Shown here: positions 9,477 to 18,962 of the stretch, in pieces
Layout: each line of letters starts with the position of its first letter
Numbering within the stretch: the first letter of the stretch is position 1
Source of the DNA: an uncultured delta proteobacterium
GTDB taxonomy: Bacteria > Myxococcota_A > UBA9160 > UBA4427
Assembly (NCBI GenBank): GCA_963822965.1
Contig: CAWGJT010000012.1
Coordinates: 448,001 to 512,000, forward strand
DNA: 64,000 bases
Direction: 5' to 3'
Program-made: the position numbers and the translations under genes
Notes under the pieces: generated by a model
Told to the model about the DNA's origin: nothing
The model's database searches: none
Seen by the model: only the letters and a program-made list of their open reading frames with translations

Positions 9477-9884
9477 TTAGAAGCGGATCTCGAGCGAGAC
9501 GATCTTGCGGGGCTTGAGCGGCGCCTTCACCCGCAGCACCAGTCCGGTGTCTCCCAGCGGCGTGCTGTACCGCAGGATGGAGCTCACGCGGAAGCGCGTC
9601 GGGGCCGCGACCACGTGGCGGGACTCGTTGCGCCGGAAGGCGACGGTCCGCGGCTTGTTCTCGAGGCTCCCCGCGTACCGCGCGTACTGGAAGCGATCGG
9701 GAACCCGGTCGAAGTCGAAGTTCGCGGCCACCGCGGGCCCGGCGAAGAGGACGGTGAGCAGGAGGGCGGCGGCGAGGGCCGGGAGACCGGCGGCGCGGCT
9801 GCGGGCCTGGCGGCGGGCTCCGGGGGCCTGCGCGGCGCTTCCCAGCGCCTGGAAGGTTCCGCGATGCTCAGCCGAGTTCCGCAA
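9477..9884 (-). CDS. Small secreted hypothetical protein ending in VSLEIRF
   Basis: GGAG RBS before TTG, signal-peptide-like LAAALLLTVLFAGPAVA, and a sigma54 promoter directly upstream. Confidence 0.7.
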   Translation of the reverse strand: MRNSAEHRGTFQALGSAAQAPGARRQARSRAAGLPALAAALLLTVLFAGPAVAANFDFDRVPDRFQYARYAGSLENKPRTVAFRRNESRHVVAAPTRFRVSSILRYSTPLGDTGLVLRVKAPLKPRKIVSLEIRF

Positions 9885-9913
9885 GCTAGTCTCCGTCTAT
9901 GGGGGTATTTCAC

Positions 9914-9929
9914 TGCAAGACGTGTACCC
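9914..9929 (-). promoter_or_regulatory. sigma54 (-24/-12) promoter
   Basis: Minus strand gGGTACAcgtcTTGCA: exact GG-N10-GC spacing, close to TGGCACG-N4-TTGCA. Confidence 0.75.
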
Positions 9930-9964
9930 AAGACGACTCCGGCCAGGGCCGGTTTGCATCGACG

Positions 9965-9977
9965 TAACCAATTGATT
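9965..9977 (-). promoter_or_regulatory. IHF binding site
   Basis: Minus strand AATCAAttggTTA is a full match to WATCAANNNNTTR, ~35 bp upstream of the sigma54 site. Confidence 0.7.
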
Positions 9978-10201
9978 TAAGTTGTGAAACCATCCCGGTG
10001 TTCCAGACCCGGCGCATGCCCCACGGGGGGTGTTACCTCTCCTTCCCTAATGCGGGCGATCGGGGTCGCCGGCTCCCCCGTTCCCCGCCGGCCGGCCGTC
10101 GCTATGATCCGGCATCGATCTGCCGCCTCCCCCGAGGCATCACCCCCCGAAAGAGCCGGTTTCCACCCCCCGCTGGCGAGCGCACCGTCCTGGAGCGTCC
10201 C

Positions 10202-10609
10202 GTGCGAGCAGCGACTCGATCGGCCCGCGATTCCCGTCCCTCCGGCTCGTCGTCGGGTGCCGCCCTGCGACGCCGCGTCGCGAGCGCGCTGCTCAGCGCT
10301 GCGATCGTGCTGGCGCCGGCGGCCGCACGCGCCGAGTCGAACGACGACGGCGCGGTGTCCCGCTTTGGTGTCGGTCTCGGGGCCGGCCTCTGCACGCTGG
10401 TCTACACACCGCTCAAGCTGGTGTACGCGATGGCGGCGTTCCCGATGGGAGCGCTCGTCTACCTGTGGAGCGTGGGCGATACGGAGATGACCGAACGCGT
10501 GGTGCGCAGTGGCACCCAGGGCACCTACGTGGTCACCCCCGAGCACCTGAAGGGCCAGCGGCGGCTCGACTTCGTGGGCAACGCGGACGACGGTCCGCCC
10601 GAGAAGTAG
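10202..10609 (+). CDS. Hypothetical exported/membrane protein
   Basis: GGAG RBS before GTG 10202, signal-like segment ending AARA, hydrophobic GLGAGLCTLVYTPLKLVYA, GC3-rich codons. Start uncertain. Confidence 0.7.
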   Translation: MRAATRSARDSRPSGSSSGAALRRRVASALLSAAIVLAPAAARAESNDDGAVSRFGVGLGAGLCTLVYTPLKLVYAMAAFPMGALVYLWSVGDTEMTERVVRSGTQGTYVVTPEHLKGQRRLDFVGNADDGPPEK

Positions 10610-10672
10610 GGCTCCGGCTCTCCCCAATCTGCCGGCGCGGACGGCTCGCGTCACCCCGCGAGCCGGCGCGGC

Positions 10673-11257
10673 TCACACCTCCCGCCGCTCCAGCCGACAC
10701 GCCGCGCGCGCCTTGCGCCCCATGCGCAGCAGACTCTCCTCGCGGAAGTCGGACTCGAGACGATCCCACTCGAACCAGGCGAGGTCATGCGACTCGTCGC
10801 TCACGACGAGGGTCTGCCCCGGGCGCGCCGCCAGCAGGAAGCGAACGTCGTGATGCTCGTGGGCGGGCTCGCCGGGACGGGCCGGAATCCCGTGCACGTC
10901 GACGTCGAGCGGTAGCGGCGCCGACCCGTCCCCGGGCCGGCCGATCCAGTCGAGCTCGTGGAGGCCCGATTCCTCGCGCGCCTCGCGCAGGGCGACCGCG
11001 TGGACGTCGGGATCCCCGTCGGCGTGCCCGCCGAGCTGCAGCCAGCGGCCGAGCTTCCGGTGGTGGGTGAGCAGAAAGCGCCTGCGGTCGCTCGACACGA
11101 TCCAGGTGGAGGCGGTGACGTGGCCCGGCAGACAGCTGCGCTCGAAGCAGTCGGCATGATTGCGAACGAGTTCGCAAACGCGCTGCACGCGGTCCGCCTC
11201 GTCGGGATGGAGACGTTCGTAGCGCGCGAGCAGCTCGAGGAGCGGCTCTCGGTGCAT
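10673..11257 (-). CDS. NUDIX hydrolase
   Basis: GHVTAS, HHRKLGRWLQLGGHADG, Nudix box ALREAREESGL, HEHHDVRF. Confidence 0.92.
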   Translation of the reverse strand: MHREPLLELLARYERLHPDEADRVQRVCELVRNHADCFERSCLPGHVTASTWIVSSDRRRFLLTHHRKLGRWLQLGGHADGDPDVHAVALREAREESGLHELDWIGRPGDGSAPLPLDVDVHGIPARPGEPAHEHHDVRFLLAARPGQTLVVSDESHDLAWFEWDRLESDFREESLLRMGRKARAACRLERREV

Positions 11258-11383
11258 TCGGGGACCTCCGGAAGCGACGCGCCGGGGCCGGGTCCGGCGG
11301 CGCGACGCCGGTGTCGGCAACGCGCGCAGTATGACCGCCCCGGCGCACCGACGCCCCCGTCGATCCGATAGCCTGCGAGCACC

Positions 11384-14290
11384 GTGACCCGCGACATCGA
11401 AGCAGGCGACGACTGGCGAACCGCGCTCGAGCGGGCGCCCGATCCCGAGCACGCGACGAGGCTTGCGGAGGCCGTGCTCGAGGCGTTGCCGGCGGACCGT
11501 GCCTCGGACCTGCAGCGCGAGCGACCCGCGGCGCTCGCCGCCCTGCTGCTCGCGCTGTGCGGGGTGGCTCCATTCTTCTCGTCCTGGCTGCGCCGCCATC
11601 CCACCTGGGTGGAGGCGCTGCTGGACGAGGACCTCGCCCGTCCCCTCGCCCGGGAGGGCCTCGACCCGCGCCTCGCGCGCGCACTCGCCGACGGCTCGAC
11701 GGACGAGGAGTCCGCCCTGCGGCGCTTCAAGTACTACGAGCTGGCGCGCATCACCCTGCGTGACTGCGGCCTCCCCCTCGCCCGGAGCGGCGAGACCCTG
11801 GCGGAGCTGTCCCAGCTGGCGAACGTCCTGCTGGAACGCGCCCTGGAGATCGCCCGGGGCCGCATCGAGGAGCGCTTCGGCCCGCCCCGCTGGCGCGTCA
11901 CCACCGAAGACGGGCGGGAGCGGGAGGTCCGGCTCGACTTCTGCGTGATCGCCCTGGGCAAGCTCGGGGGCGGCGAGCTCAACTTCTCGTCGGACGTCGA
12001 TCTCGTGTACGTCCACGAAGCCCCCCCCGACCCCGTGGTCGCCGACCCCGAGCAGCTGCCGCCGAGCGAGTACTTCACCCGCCTCAGCCAGCACTTCGGC
12101 AAGCTCGTGGGAGACCGGACCGCGGAGGGCTTCCTGTATAGGGTCGACCTCGACCTGCGTCCCTCCGGCGCCCAGGGCCCGCCCGTCATCAGCGACGAAG
12201 CGTTCGTCTCCTACTACGAGCTGTGGGCCGACACCTGGGAGAAGGCCACCTTCACCAAGGCCCGGCCGGTGGCGGGAGACCGGCCCTTCGGCTGGCGGAC
12301 GATCCGCGGCGTCGATCCCATGATCTACCGCTCGGCGATGGACTACGCGGCGGTGCGGAGCATTCGCGAGCTGAAGGACAAGTTCGAGGCGGCCCACGGC
12401 GCCGGGGGCACGGGCTTCGACGTCAAGCTCGACCGGGGTGGCATCCGGGAGGTCGAGTTCGTCGCCCAGGCCATGCAGCTGCTTCACGGCGCACGCATCC
12501 CGCAGCTGCGGACCCGCTCCACCCGCGACGCCCTGGACCAGCTCGCGCGGGTGGGCCTGGTGGAGCGCCAGCAGGCGGACGGGCTCACACGCGACTACCT
12601 CTACCTGCGGCGCCTCGAGAATCGCCTGCAGATGGAGGACGAGCGGCAGGTCCACCGGCTGCCCCCGGATGCGGCCGCGCACACGCGCATCGCACGCGCC
12701 CTCGGTCACACGGGCGCGGACGCCGCGGACGCCCTCGACGCCGAGCTGCAGGCGTGCCGCGAGCGGGTTCACGCCAGCTACGCGTCGGTGCTGGCCGGCA
12801 GCGGGGCGGACGGAGGCGCCGACGCCGTGCTCGACATCTTCGTGCGCGGTGCGCCCCAGCTCTTCTCGTTCCCGGCCGCGCGGCGCATGCTCGAAGACCT
12901 GGCCGCGAGCTTCGCCCGCGAGATCGACGCTTCCACCGATCCCGAGCGCACCCTCAACAACCTCGACCGCTTCGTGAAGGCCATCGGCGGGCGGCGCTTC
13001 TACTACGAGCTGCTGCTCGATCGACCGGAGCTGGTGCCGCGCCTGGCCGGCTGCTTCGGCGCGTCCAAGTTCCTGTCCGACATCGTGGCGCGTCACCCTC
13101 GCCTGATCGAGCCCCTCTTCGACGATCCCGAGCTGCTGCTGCTCGATCGCGCGGCCCTGCGAAAGCAGCTGGCCGCGCTCACGGCCCCCGGAGACCCGCG
13201 GCAGGACCCGGTGGACGCCCGCCTCGACGGTCTCCGGCTCTTCCACCACGCGCAGACCGTGAACGTGGGACTGCTCGACCTGGCGGGCCTGGTGGAGCCG
13301 GCCGAGGCCCAGGCGGCGCTCACCGACATCGCGGAGCTGTGCCTCGAGGACGCGCTGGAGTTCTCACGCGAGCAGCTCGCCGCACGCCTGCCCGACCCGA
13401 GCGCCGGCGACTACGGCTACGCGGTGGTCGCCATGGGCAAGCTCGCCACCCGCGAGCTCACCTACGGCAGCGATCTCGACGTCGTGTTCCTGTTCGACGC
13501 CAAGGGCCCCGACGGCGAGCTCGACCTGACGGCGCAGGAGGGCTACGTCCGCCTCAGCCAACGCGTGATCTCCACCCTGCAGACGTCGACCACCGAGGGG
13601 GCCTGCTACGAGATCGACGCGCGGCTGCGGCCCTCGGGCAACCAGGGAACGCTCGTCACCTCCTTCGACGCCTTCCGCCGCTACCACGAGGCCAGCGCCG
13701 AGGTGTGGGAGCGCCAGGCGCTCCTGCGCGCGCGCGCCGTGGCGGGCGACGAAGCGCTCGGCGCGGCCTTCGCGGCCCTGCGCCTGGAGATCCTGGCGCG
13801 CCCGACGCCGCCGGACCTCCTCGCCGAGATCCATCGGGTGCGGCAGCGCATGGAGATGGAGCTGGCCCGGGAGACCTCCGCCCAGCGCAACTTCAAGACG
13901 GGACGCGGCGGCGTGCTGGACGTGGAGTGCATCGTGCAGGCACTGCAGCTGCTGCACGGTCACGAGCATCCCGAGCTCTTCGAGATCGTGCCCACGGCGT
14001 TGCAGATGGACCGGCTCGCCGACCTGGGCCTTCTCTCCCCGGACACCGCGCGCGTGCTGCGCGAGGGCTGGAGCTTCCTCGTGCGGCTCGCGAGCCGCCT
14101 GCGCATCGTCGACAACCGCTCCATCTCCGACCTCGACCAGGAGCGCGGCGACCTCGAAGGCATCGCCCGACGCCTCGGCTACACGTCACCGGGACGCGAG
14201 GGCGGCGCGCGGCGGGCATTGCTGTCCGACTACGAGCGACACACGGATGCGATTCGCGCGGAATACCTGAAGGTGTTTCAGAACGTGTAG
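11384..14290 (+). CDS. glnE: Glutamine synthetase adenylyltransferase / adenylyl-removing enzyme
   Basis: Two nucleotidyltransferase halves: LGKLGGGELNFSSDVD...YRVDLDLRPSG and MGKLATRELTYGSDLD...YEIDARLRPSG. 968 aa. Confidence 0.96.
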   Translation: MTRDIEAGDDWRTALERAPDPEHATRLAEAVLEALPADRASDLQRERPAALAALLLALCGVAPFFSSWLRRHPTWVEALLDEDLARPLAREGLDPRLARALADGSTDEESALRRFKYYELARITLRDCGLPLARSGETLAELSQLANVLLERALEIARGRIEERFGPPRWRVTTEDGREREVRLDFCVIALGKLGGGELNFSSDVDLVYVHEAPPDPVVADPEQLPPSEYFTRLSQHFGKLVGDRTAEGFLYRVDLDLRPSGAQGPPVISDEAFVSYYELWADTWEKATFTKARPVAGDRPFGWRTIRGVDPMIYRSAMDYAAVRSIRELKDKFEAAHGAGGTGFDVKLDRGGIREVEFVAQAMQLLHGARIPQLRTRSTRDALDQLARVGLVERQQADGLTRDYLYLRRLENRLQMEDERQVHRLPPDAAAHTRIARALGHTGADAADALDAELQACRERVHASYASVLAGSGADGGADAVLDIFVRGAPQLFSFPAARRMLEDLAASFAREIDASTDPERTLNNLDRFVKAIGGRRFYYELLLDRPELVPRLAGCFGASKFLSDIVARHPRLIEPLFDDPELLLLDRAALRKQLAALTAPGDPRQDPVDARLDGLRLFHHAQTVNVGLLDLAGLVEPAEAQAALTDIAELCLEDALEFSREQLAARLPDPSAGDYGYAVVAMGKLATRELTYGSDLDVVFLFDAKGPDGELDLTAQEGYVRLSQRVISTLQTSTTEGACYEIDARLRPSGNQGTLVTSFDAFRRYHEASAEVWERQALLRARAVAGDEALGAAFAALRLEILARPTPPDLLAEIHRVRQRMEMELARETSAQRNFKTGRGGVLDVECIVQALQLLHGHEHPELFEIVPTALQMDRLADLGLLSPDTARVLREGWSFLVRLASRLRIVDNRSISDLDQERGDLEGIARRLGYTSPGREGGARRALLSDYERHTDAIRAEYLKVFQNV

Positions 14291-15717
14291 CCGAAGCGGG
14301 CCGCCCAGTTGAAGCCTTCCTTGGAGAAGCCGAAGTCGACCCGGAACGGAGCCTGGCGCTCGAGCAGGAAGCGCAGCCCGATGCCATAGCTGAACTTCAC
14401 GTTGTTCTGGACGACGTCGATCCCGTCGGAGCCGACGGTGCCCATCTCGAAGAAGGGCGCGACGCCGATGCGCTCCACGCGGATGGTGGGCGTGACCGCG
14501 AAGCCGCGCGGGATCACCCAGATGCGGTGCTCCACCACCGCGTGCCAGGCGGCGTCGTCGCGCCACCGTCCGGCCTGGTAGCCGCGCAGGGTCTCGGGGC
14601 CACCCAGGCTGGGGAGCGCCGTGAAGGGCAGCCCGCCCGCCTTGAGCCACAGGTTCGCGCCGACGTTGAGCGTGTCGGTGGGCGGATTCTCCTCGTGTGC
14701 GTCGCCACCGTGATGGAAGATGCCCGGCACGGGAAACGTCGCCGAGGCGTCGAGCTCGAAGCGGGCGCCCACGTCGCCCCCGCCCTGCACGAGCGGGGCC
14801 TCGACGCGGGCGCCCAGCTCGTAGCCCCGGTAGGGGTTTCGCTGGCTGTCCCGGGTGTCCCAGCGCAGCGCGGCCAGCAGGAAGCCCAGCTGCTCCTGGT
14901 CGCGATTGTCGATGAAGGTCTTGAACAGGTGGCTCTGGTCCCAGCTGCCCCCCTTGCATTCCAGATCGGGCAGGAACTCCTCGCAATCGAAGTCGTTGGT
15001 CGAGAGTCCGTGGAACTCGGCGCGGATTCCGATTCGCCCGATGAGGTCGTCGCCGGGGTCGGGAATGGCCATCTGCAGCCGCAGCTCGAGCTCGTAGAGC
15101 TCGTCGGTGTACTTGATCTCGTCCTTCTCCGGCGCGTCGGGCCCGAAGCCGTAGAAGCGGCGGGTGAGCGTCTTCTGGTAGCCGCCCGAAGCGCCCACGT
15201 AGCTTCGCTCCTCCTGCAGGATGCCGCCCCCCGGCAGCTCGATGTGGTGCAGCCAGCGGCGCCACAGTCCCCAGTAGCTCTGCTGTCCCTCCGAGGTGTA
15301 GGTCAGGAAGACGCCCGCGAACTCGCGCCTCCGCTGGGAGCGGAAGTCGATGTCGGTGATGGCCATTCCCCCGCCGACGCCGGTGTCCGGATTGCGGAAG
15401 AAGATGGGAATGATGAAGCTCGACACCAGGAAGCGTTGGAAGAAGTTGCCTTCCTTGATGCGACCCTCGGGCACGTAGCGCCAACGCTCCGGGTTCGGAA
15501 GGTCGGCGGGCTTCTCGATCGCCGGGATGCGGCCGTCCGGGTCCATGCCCTCGTAGGGATCGTAGACCCCGGGCACTCCCGGGTCGCCATGGGCCGGCAC
15601 CTCGGAGCCCCCGGCCGTCGCCTTGGACGCCGCGGCCGTGGCGCTGGCCGGTCGCAACGACACGGCCAGCGCCGACGCCAGGGCGAGCCCGAGCCCGATG
15701 CGCCGGATCGGGATCAC
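14278..15717 (-). CDS. Omp85 (BamA/TamA) family outer-membrane beta-barrel protein
   Basis: Signal peptide, LRWDTRD, LGGPETLRGY loop motif, GIGLRF...FRVDFG, terminal GYTF. Confidence 0.8.
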   Translation of the reverse strand: MIPIRRIGLGLALASALAVSLRPASATAAASKATAGGSEVPAHGDPGVPGVYDPYEGMDPDGRIPAIEKPADLPNPERWRYVPEGRIKEGNFFQRFLVSSFIIPIFFRNPDTGVGGGMAITDIDFRSQRRREFAGVFLTYTSEGQQSYWGLWRRWLHHIELPGGGILQEERSYVGASGGYQKTLTRRFYGFGPDAPEKDEIKYTDELYELELRLQMAIPDPGDDLIGRIGIRAEFHGLSTNDFDCEEFLPDLECKGGSWDQSHLFKTFIDNRDQEQLGFLLAALRWDTRDSQRNPYRGYELGARVEAPLVQGGGDVGARFELDASATFPVPGIFHHGGDAHEENPPTDTLNVGANLWLKAGGLPFTALPSLGGPETLRGYQAGRWRDDAAWHAVVEHRIWVIPRGFAVTPTIRVERIGVAPFFEMGTVGSDGIDVVQNNVKFSYGIGLRFLLERQAPFRVDFGFSKEGFNWAARFGYTF

Positions 15718-15721
15718 GCCG

Positions 15722-17086
15722 TCAGGCGTCCGCCACCGGCTCGCGCATCGTGACGAACTCCTCCGCGGCGGTCGGATGGATGCCCACGGTGGCGTCGAAG
15801 TCGGCCTTGGTGGCCCCACGACGGATGGCCACCGCGAAGCCCTGGGTGATCTCGCCGGCGTCCGTACCCACCATGTGCAGGCCCAGCACCCGGTCGCTCT
15901 CCCGATCCACCACGAGCTTCATCATGGTGGTCTCGTCGGCGCCGGTCAGCGTGTGCTTGAGCGGCCGGAAGCGCGAGCGGTACACGTCGACCCGGGTGAA
16001 GCGGGCCCGCGCCTCCGCCTCGGTGAGGCCCACGGTCCCGACGGGAGGCTGGCTGAAGACCGCCTCGGGCACGTTCTCGTGCTCGGGCGCCGTGGGCTCG
16101 TCCTGATAGAGCGTCTTGACGAGGCACATGGCCTCGTGGATCGCCACGGGCGTGAGGGCCTTGCGATCCGTCGCGTCGCCCACCGCCCACACGCTCGGCA
16201 CCGAGGTGCGGGAGTACTTGTCGACCACGACGGCACCCCGGGCGTCGAGCTCGACGCCCACCGCTTCGAGGCCGAGGTTCGCCGTATTGGGAACCCGCCC
16301 GGTGGCGAAGAGGACCTGGTCGGCCTCTTCGACGCTGCCGTCGGTGAGGGTCGCCCGCAGCGCACCGCCGGGGGTCCGTTCGAGCGCGACGACATTGAGA
16401 TCGAAGCGCAGGTCGACGCCCTTCTTGCGGATCTCCTCCGCCAACACCTTGCGGACGTCGTCGTCGAAGCCGCGCAGGAAGAGCGGGCCGCGGTAGAGCT
16501 GCGTGACCCGGGAGCCGAGACCGTTCAGGATGCCCGCGAACTCGACGGCGATGAACCCGCCGCCGACGATCAGGATGCGTTCGGGCTGCGCGTCCAGGTG
16601 GAAGATCTCGTTGGACGTGATCGCGAGCTCGCGCCCCGGAACGTCCGGCACGTCCGGCCAGCCTCCCGTCGCGACGAGGACGTTCTCGCTCGTGACCACG
16701 CGGTCGCCGACTCGCACCTCGTGGGGGCCTTCGAGGGTGGCCCGCCCCCAGATGCGCTCCGCGCCCGACTGGTCGAGCAGGCGCGCGTAGACCCCGTTCA
16801 ACCGCTCGATCTCGGCGTCCTTCTTCGCCACGAAGGTGGACCAGTCGAACGAGCGCGGACCCAGCGTCCAGCCGTATCCATTGCCGGCGTCCTCGAAGTC
16901 CTCGGCGAAGTGCGAGGCATAGACGAGCAGCTTCTTGGGGATGCAGCCCACGTTCACGCAGGTGCCGCCGAGGTAGCGGTCCTCGGCGACGGCGACCCGC
17001 TTGCCCAGGGCCGCCGCCATGCGGGCCGCTCGCACGCCGCCGGAGCCGGCGCCGATCACGAAGAGGTCGAAGTCGTAGGCGGTCAT
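15722..17086 (-). CDS. gor: Glutathione-disulfide reductase
   Basis: FVIGAGSGGVRAAR, GGTCVNVGCIPKK, GGGFIAVEFA, YRGPLFLRGFD, GIHPTAAEEFVTM. Confidence 0.95.
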   Translation of the reverse strand: MTAYDFDLFVIGAGSGGVRAARMAAALGKRVAVAEDRYLGGTCVNVGCIPKKLLVYASHFAEDFEDAGNGYGWTLGPRSFDWSTFVAKKDAEIERLNGVYARLLDQSGAERIWGRATLEGPHEVRVGDRVVTSENVLVATGGWPDVPDVPGRELAITSNEIFHLDAQPERILIVGGGFIAVEFAGILNGLGSRVTQLYRGPLFLRGFDDDVRKVLAEEIRKKGVDLRFDLNVVALERTPGGALRATLTDGSVEEADQVLFATGRVPNTANLGLEAVGVELDARGAVVVDKYSRTSVPSVWAVGDATDRKALTPVAIHEAMCLVKTLYQDEPTAPEHENVPEAVFSQPPVGTVGLTEAEARARFTRVDVYRSRFRPLKHTLTGADETTMMKLVVDRESDRVLGLHMVGTDAGEITQGFAVAIRRGATKADFDATVGIHPTAAEEFVTMREPVADA

Positions 17087-17165
17087 CCTCTCTCCTGCTG
17101 CTCGTCCGGAGGTCGCGCCGGAGCCCGAGGATAGCCCTCCCCCGAAGGCCGCCGGCAACGCTCGG

Positions 17166-18125
17166 ATGTCGCGGCAGCGCCCGCGTTTCTTGCGCCCGGG
17201 GATCCGGCGCGTGAAGCTCTCGCGCGTGGCCGACCCCGAACGCAGCAAGGTGCCTGCCCTCGTCGTCTCGGGCTTCCTCGGCTCGGGCAAGACCACCCTT
17301 GTCCGCCACCTGCTCGAGGCCGCACAGCGCAACGGCATCCGGGTGGCGGTGATCTCGAACGAGCTGGGCGAGCTGGGGATCGACAAGGCGCTGCTCGGCC
17401 GGGGCGGCGAGGCCTTCGTGGAGCTCGAGGGCGGGTGTGTGTGCTGCGAGCTGTCCGACGACCTGATCGAGACCCTCCAGCGGCTGCGCGAAGAGGTCGA
17501 TCCGGAGCGGATCGTCATCGAGACGTCCGGCGTGGCGCTGCCCTTCGACACCACCCTCAACTTCTGGCGCGAGCCCGTATCCGCCTGGATCGGCGACGAC
17601 ACGGCGATCGTGGTCGTGAACGCCGAGCAGCTGGCCGCCGGCCGGGACCTCGAAGGCACCTTCGCCGACCAGGTCTCCTCCGCCGACCTTCTGGTGCTCA
17701 ACAAGCTCGATCTCGTCCCCGAAGCCGACCACCGGGCCCTGGAGGAGAAGCTCCGGGCGATCGAGCCGGAGGCGCCCATCGTCACCTGCTGTCACGGGCG
17801 CGTGCCCGAATCCGTGCTGTTCCCGCCGGACCTGGGCGCCATCGACCGGGCGGGACCCGCGCCGGACGCCCCGTCCCACCACCACGAGCGCTTCCGGGCG
17901 AGCGAGTGGCGACCACCCGCGGGCATCGCGCCGGACGCGCTGGAGGCGGCCCTGCACATCCCGGGACTGCTGCGCGCCAAGGGCTGGGCACTGACCAGTC
18001 GCGGCCCGATGCTCGTCCAGGTGGTCGGACGCCGGATCGAGCAGACCCTCGAGGAGCCCCCCGATCCGGCGCTCCTCGGTCGCATCGTGCGCATCGTTCG
18101 GGTCGAGGAAGACGAGCCGTCGTAA
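17166..18125 (+). CDS. COG0523/CobW family metal-binding GTPase
   Basis: SGFLGSGKTT, NELGE, GCVCC, IETSG, NKLD, short HHH, LLRAKG. True start may be GTG 17226. Confidence 0.88.
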   Translation: MSRQRPRFLRPGIRRVKLSRVADPERSKVPALVVSGFLGSGKTTLVRHLLEAAQRNGIRVAVISNELGELGIDKALLGRGGEAFVELEGGCVCCELSDDLIETLQRLREEVDPERIVIETSGVALPFDTTLNFWREPVSAWIGDDTAIVVVNAEQLAAGRDLEGTFADQVSSADLLVLNKLDLVPEADHRALEEKLRAIEPEAPIVTCCHGRVPESVLFPPDLGAIDRAGPAPDAPSHHHERFRASEWRPPAGIAPDALEAALHIPGLLRAKGWALTSRGPMLVQVVGRRIEQTLEEPPDPALLGRIVRIVRVEEDEPS

Positions 18126-18132
18126 CGGATCG

Positions 18133-18783
18133 CTAGCGCCGGCTCTCCTCCCGGATGCGCTTCTTCGACGCCGCCCACGAGCAGATGGGACAGCTCGCGA
18201 GATCGTGCCCCCGGGCCGGACAGTGCTCGCGGCCGAAGTAGATGATCTGCAGGTGGAGCGCGTTCCAGCGCTCCTCGGGGAAGATCGCCTTCAGGTCGCG
18301 CTCGGTCCGGGCCACGCTGGAGCCGTTCGACAGGCCCCAGCGGGCCGCCAGCCGGTGGATGTGCGTGTCCACCGGAAAGGCGGGGATGCCGAACGCCTGG
18401 GCCATCACGACGCTCGCGGTCTTGTGGCCGACCCCCGGCAGCGCCTCCAGCTCCTCGAAGGTCTTGGGCACCTGCCCGCCGTGGCGCTCGACGAGGATCT
18501 GCGAGAGCTCCTTGATGGCCTTCGACTTCGCCGGAGAGAGACCGCAGGGGCGGATGATCCGGCGGATCTCCCGCACGTCGAGCCGTGCCATGTCCTGGGG
18601 GTTCGAGGCGCGGGCGAAGAGCACCGGTGTGATCTGGTTCACCTTCACGTCCGTGCACTGGGCCGAGAGCAGGACCGACACGAGCAGCGTGTACGGATCC
18701 CGATGATCGAGGGGGATCGGCGGCTGCGGATAGAGCCGGTCGAGGATCTCGGCGATCCGGGAGGCCTTCTCGGCGCGCGTCAT
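18133..18783 (-). CDS. nth: Endonuclease III
   Basis: LLSAQCTD, HhH motif LPGVGHKTA, FPVDTHIHR. Confidence 0.93.
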   Translation of the reverse strand: MTRAEKASRIAEILDRLYPQPPIPLDHRDPYTLLVSVLLSAQCTDVKVNQITPVLFARASNPQDMARLDVREIRRIIRPCGLSPAKSKAIKELSQILVERHGGQVPKTFEELEALPGVGHKTASVVMAQAFGIPAFPVDTHIHRLAARWGLSNGSSVARTERDLKAIFPEERWNALHLQIIYFGREHCPARGHDLASCPICSWAASKKRIREESRR

Positions 18784-18962
18784 GGCCCGGCAGGATAGCC
18801 GCGAACCCCCGCGAGCCCCGGCGAGCCCCCTCGAAAAAGCGGAATGAACACGGGGATCGAGAAGCCGGAGAGGAACCGGAACCCGGCCCCCCGGCACTCC
18901 CTACCGCACCCCCTACCCACCGGTCCGCCACGGTCCGGACACACCGAGGTCTGTCTTCGATC

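Noticed and set aside
10673..15753. Very long alternative ORFs (e.g. 12223-15753 +, the upstream part of 10673-13249 -, and similarly 28622-31984 +)
   Set aside because: They are shadow frames of real genes in high-GC DNA: R/G/P/A-rich or antisense-in-phase, with no motifs.
17166..18125. Calling the COG0523 GTPase cobW (B12 synthesis)
   Set aside because: No cob/cbi neighbours. The family includes Zn and other metal chaperones, so the subfamily cannot be assigned by eye.
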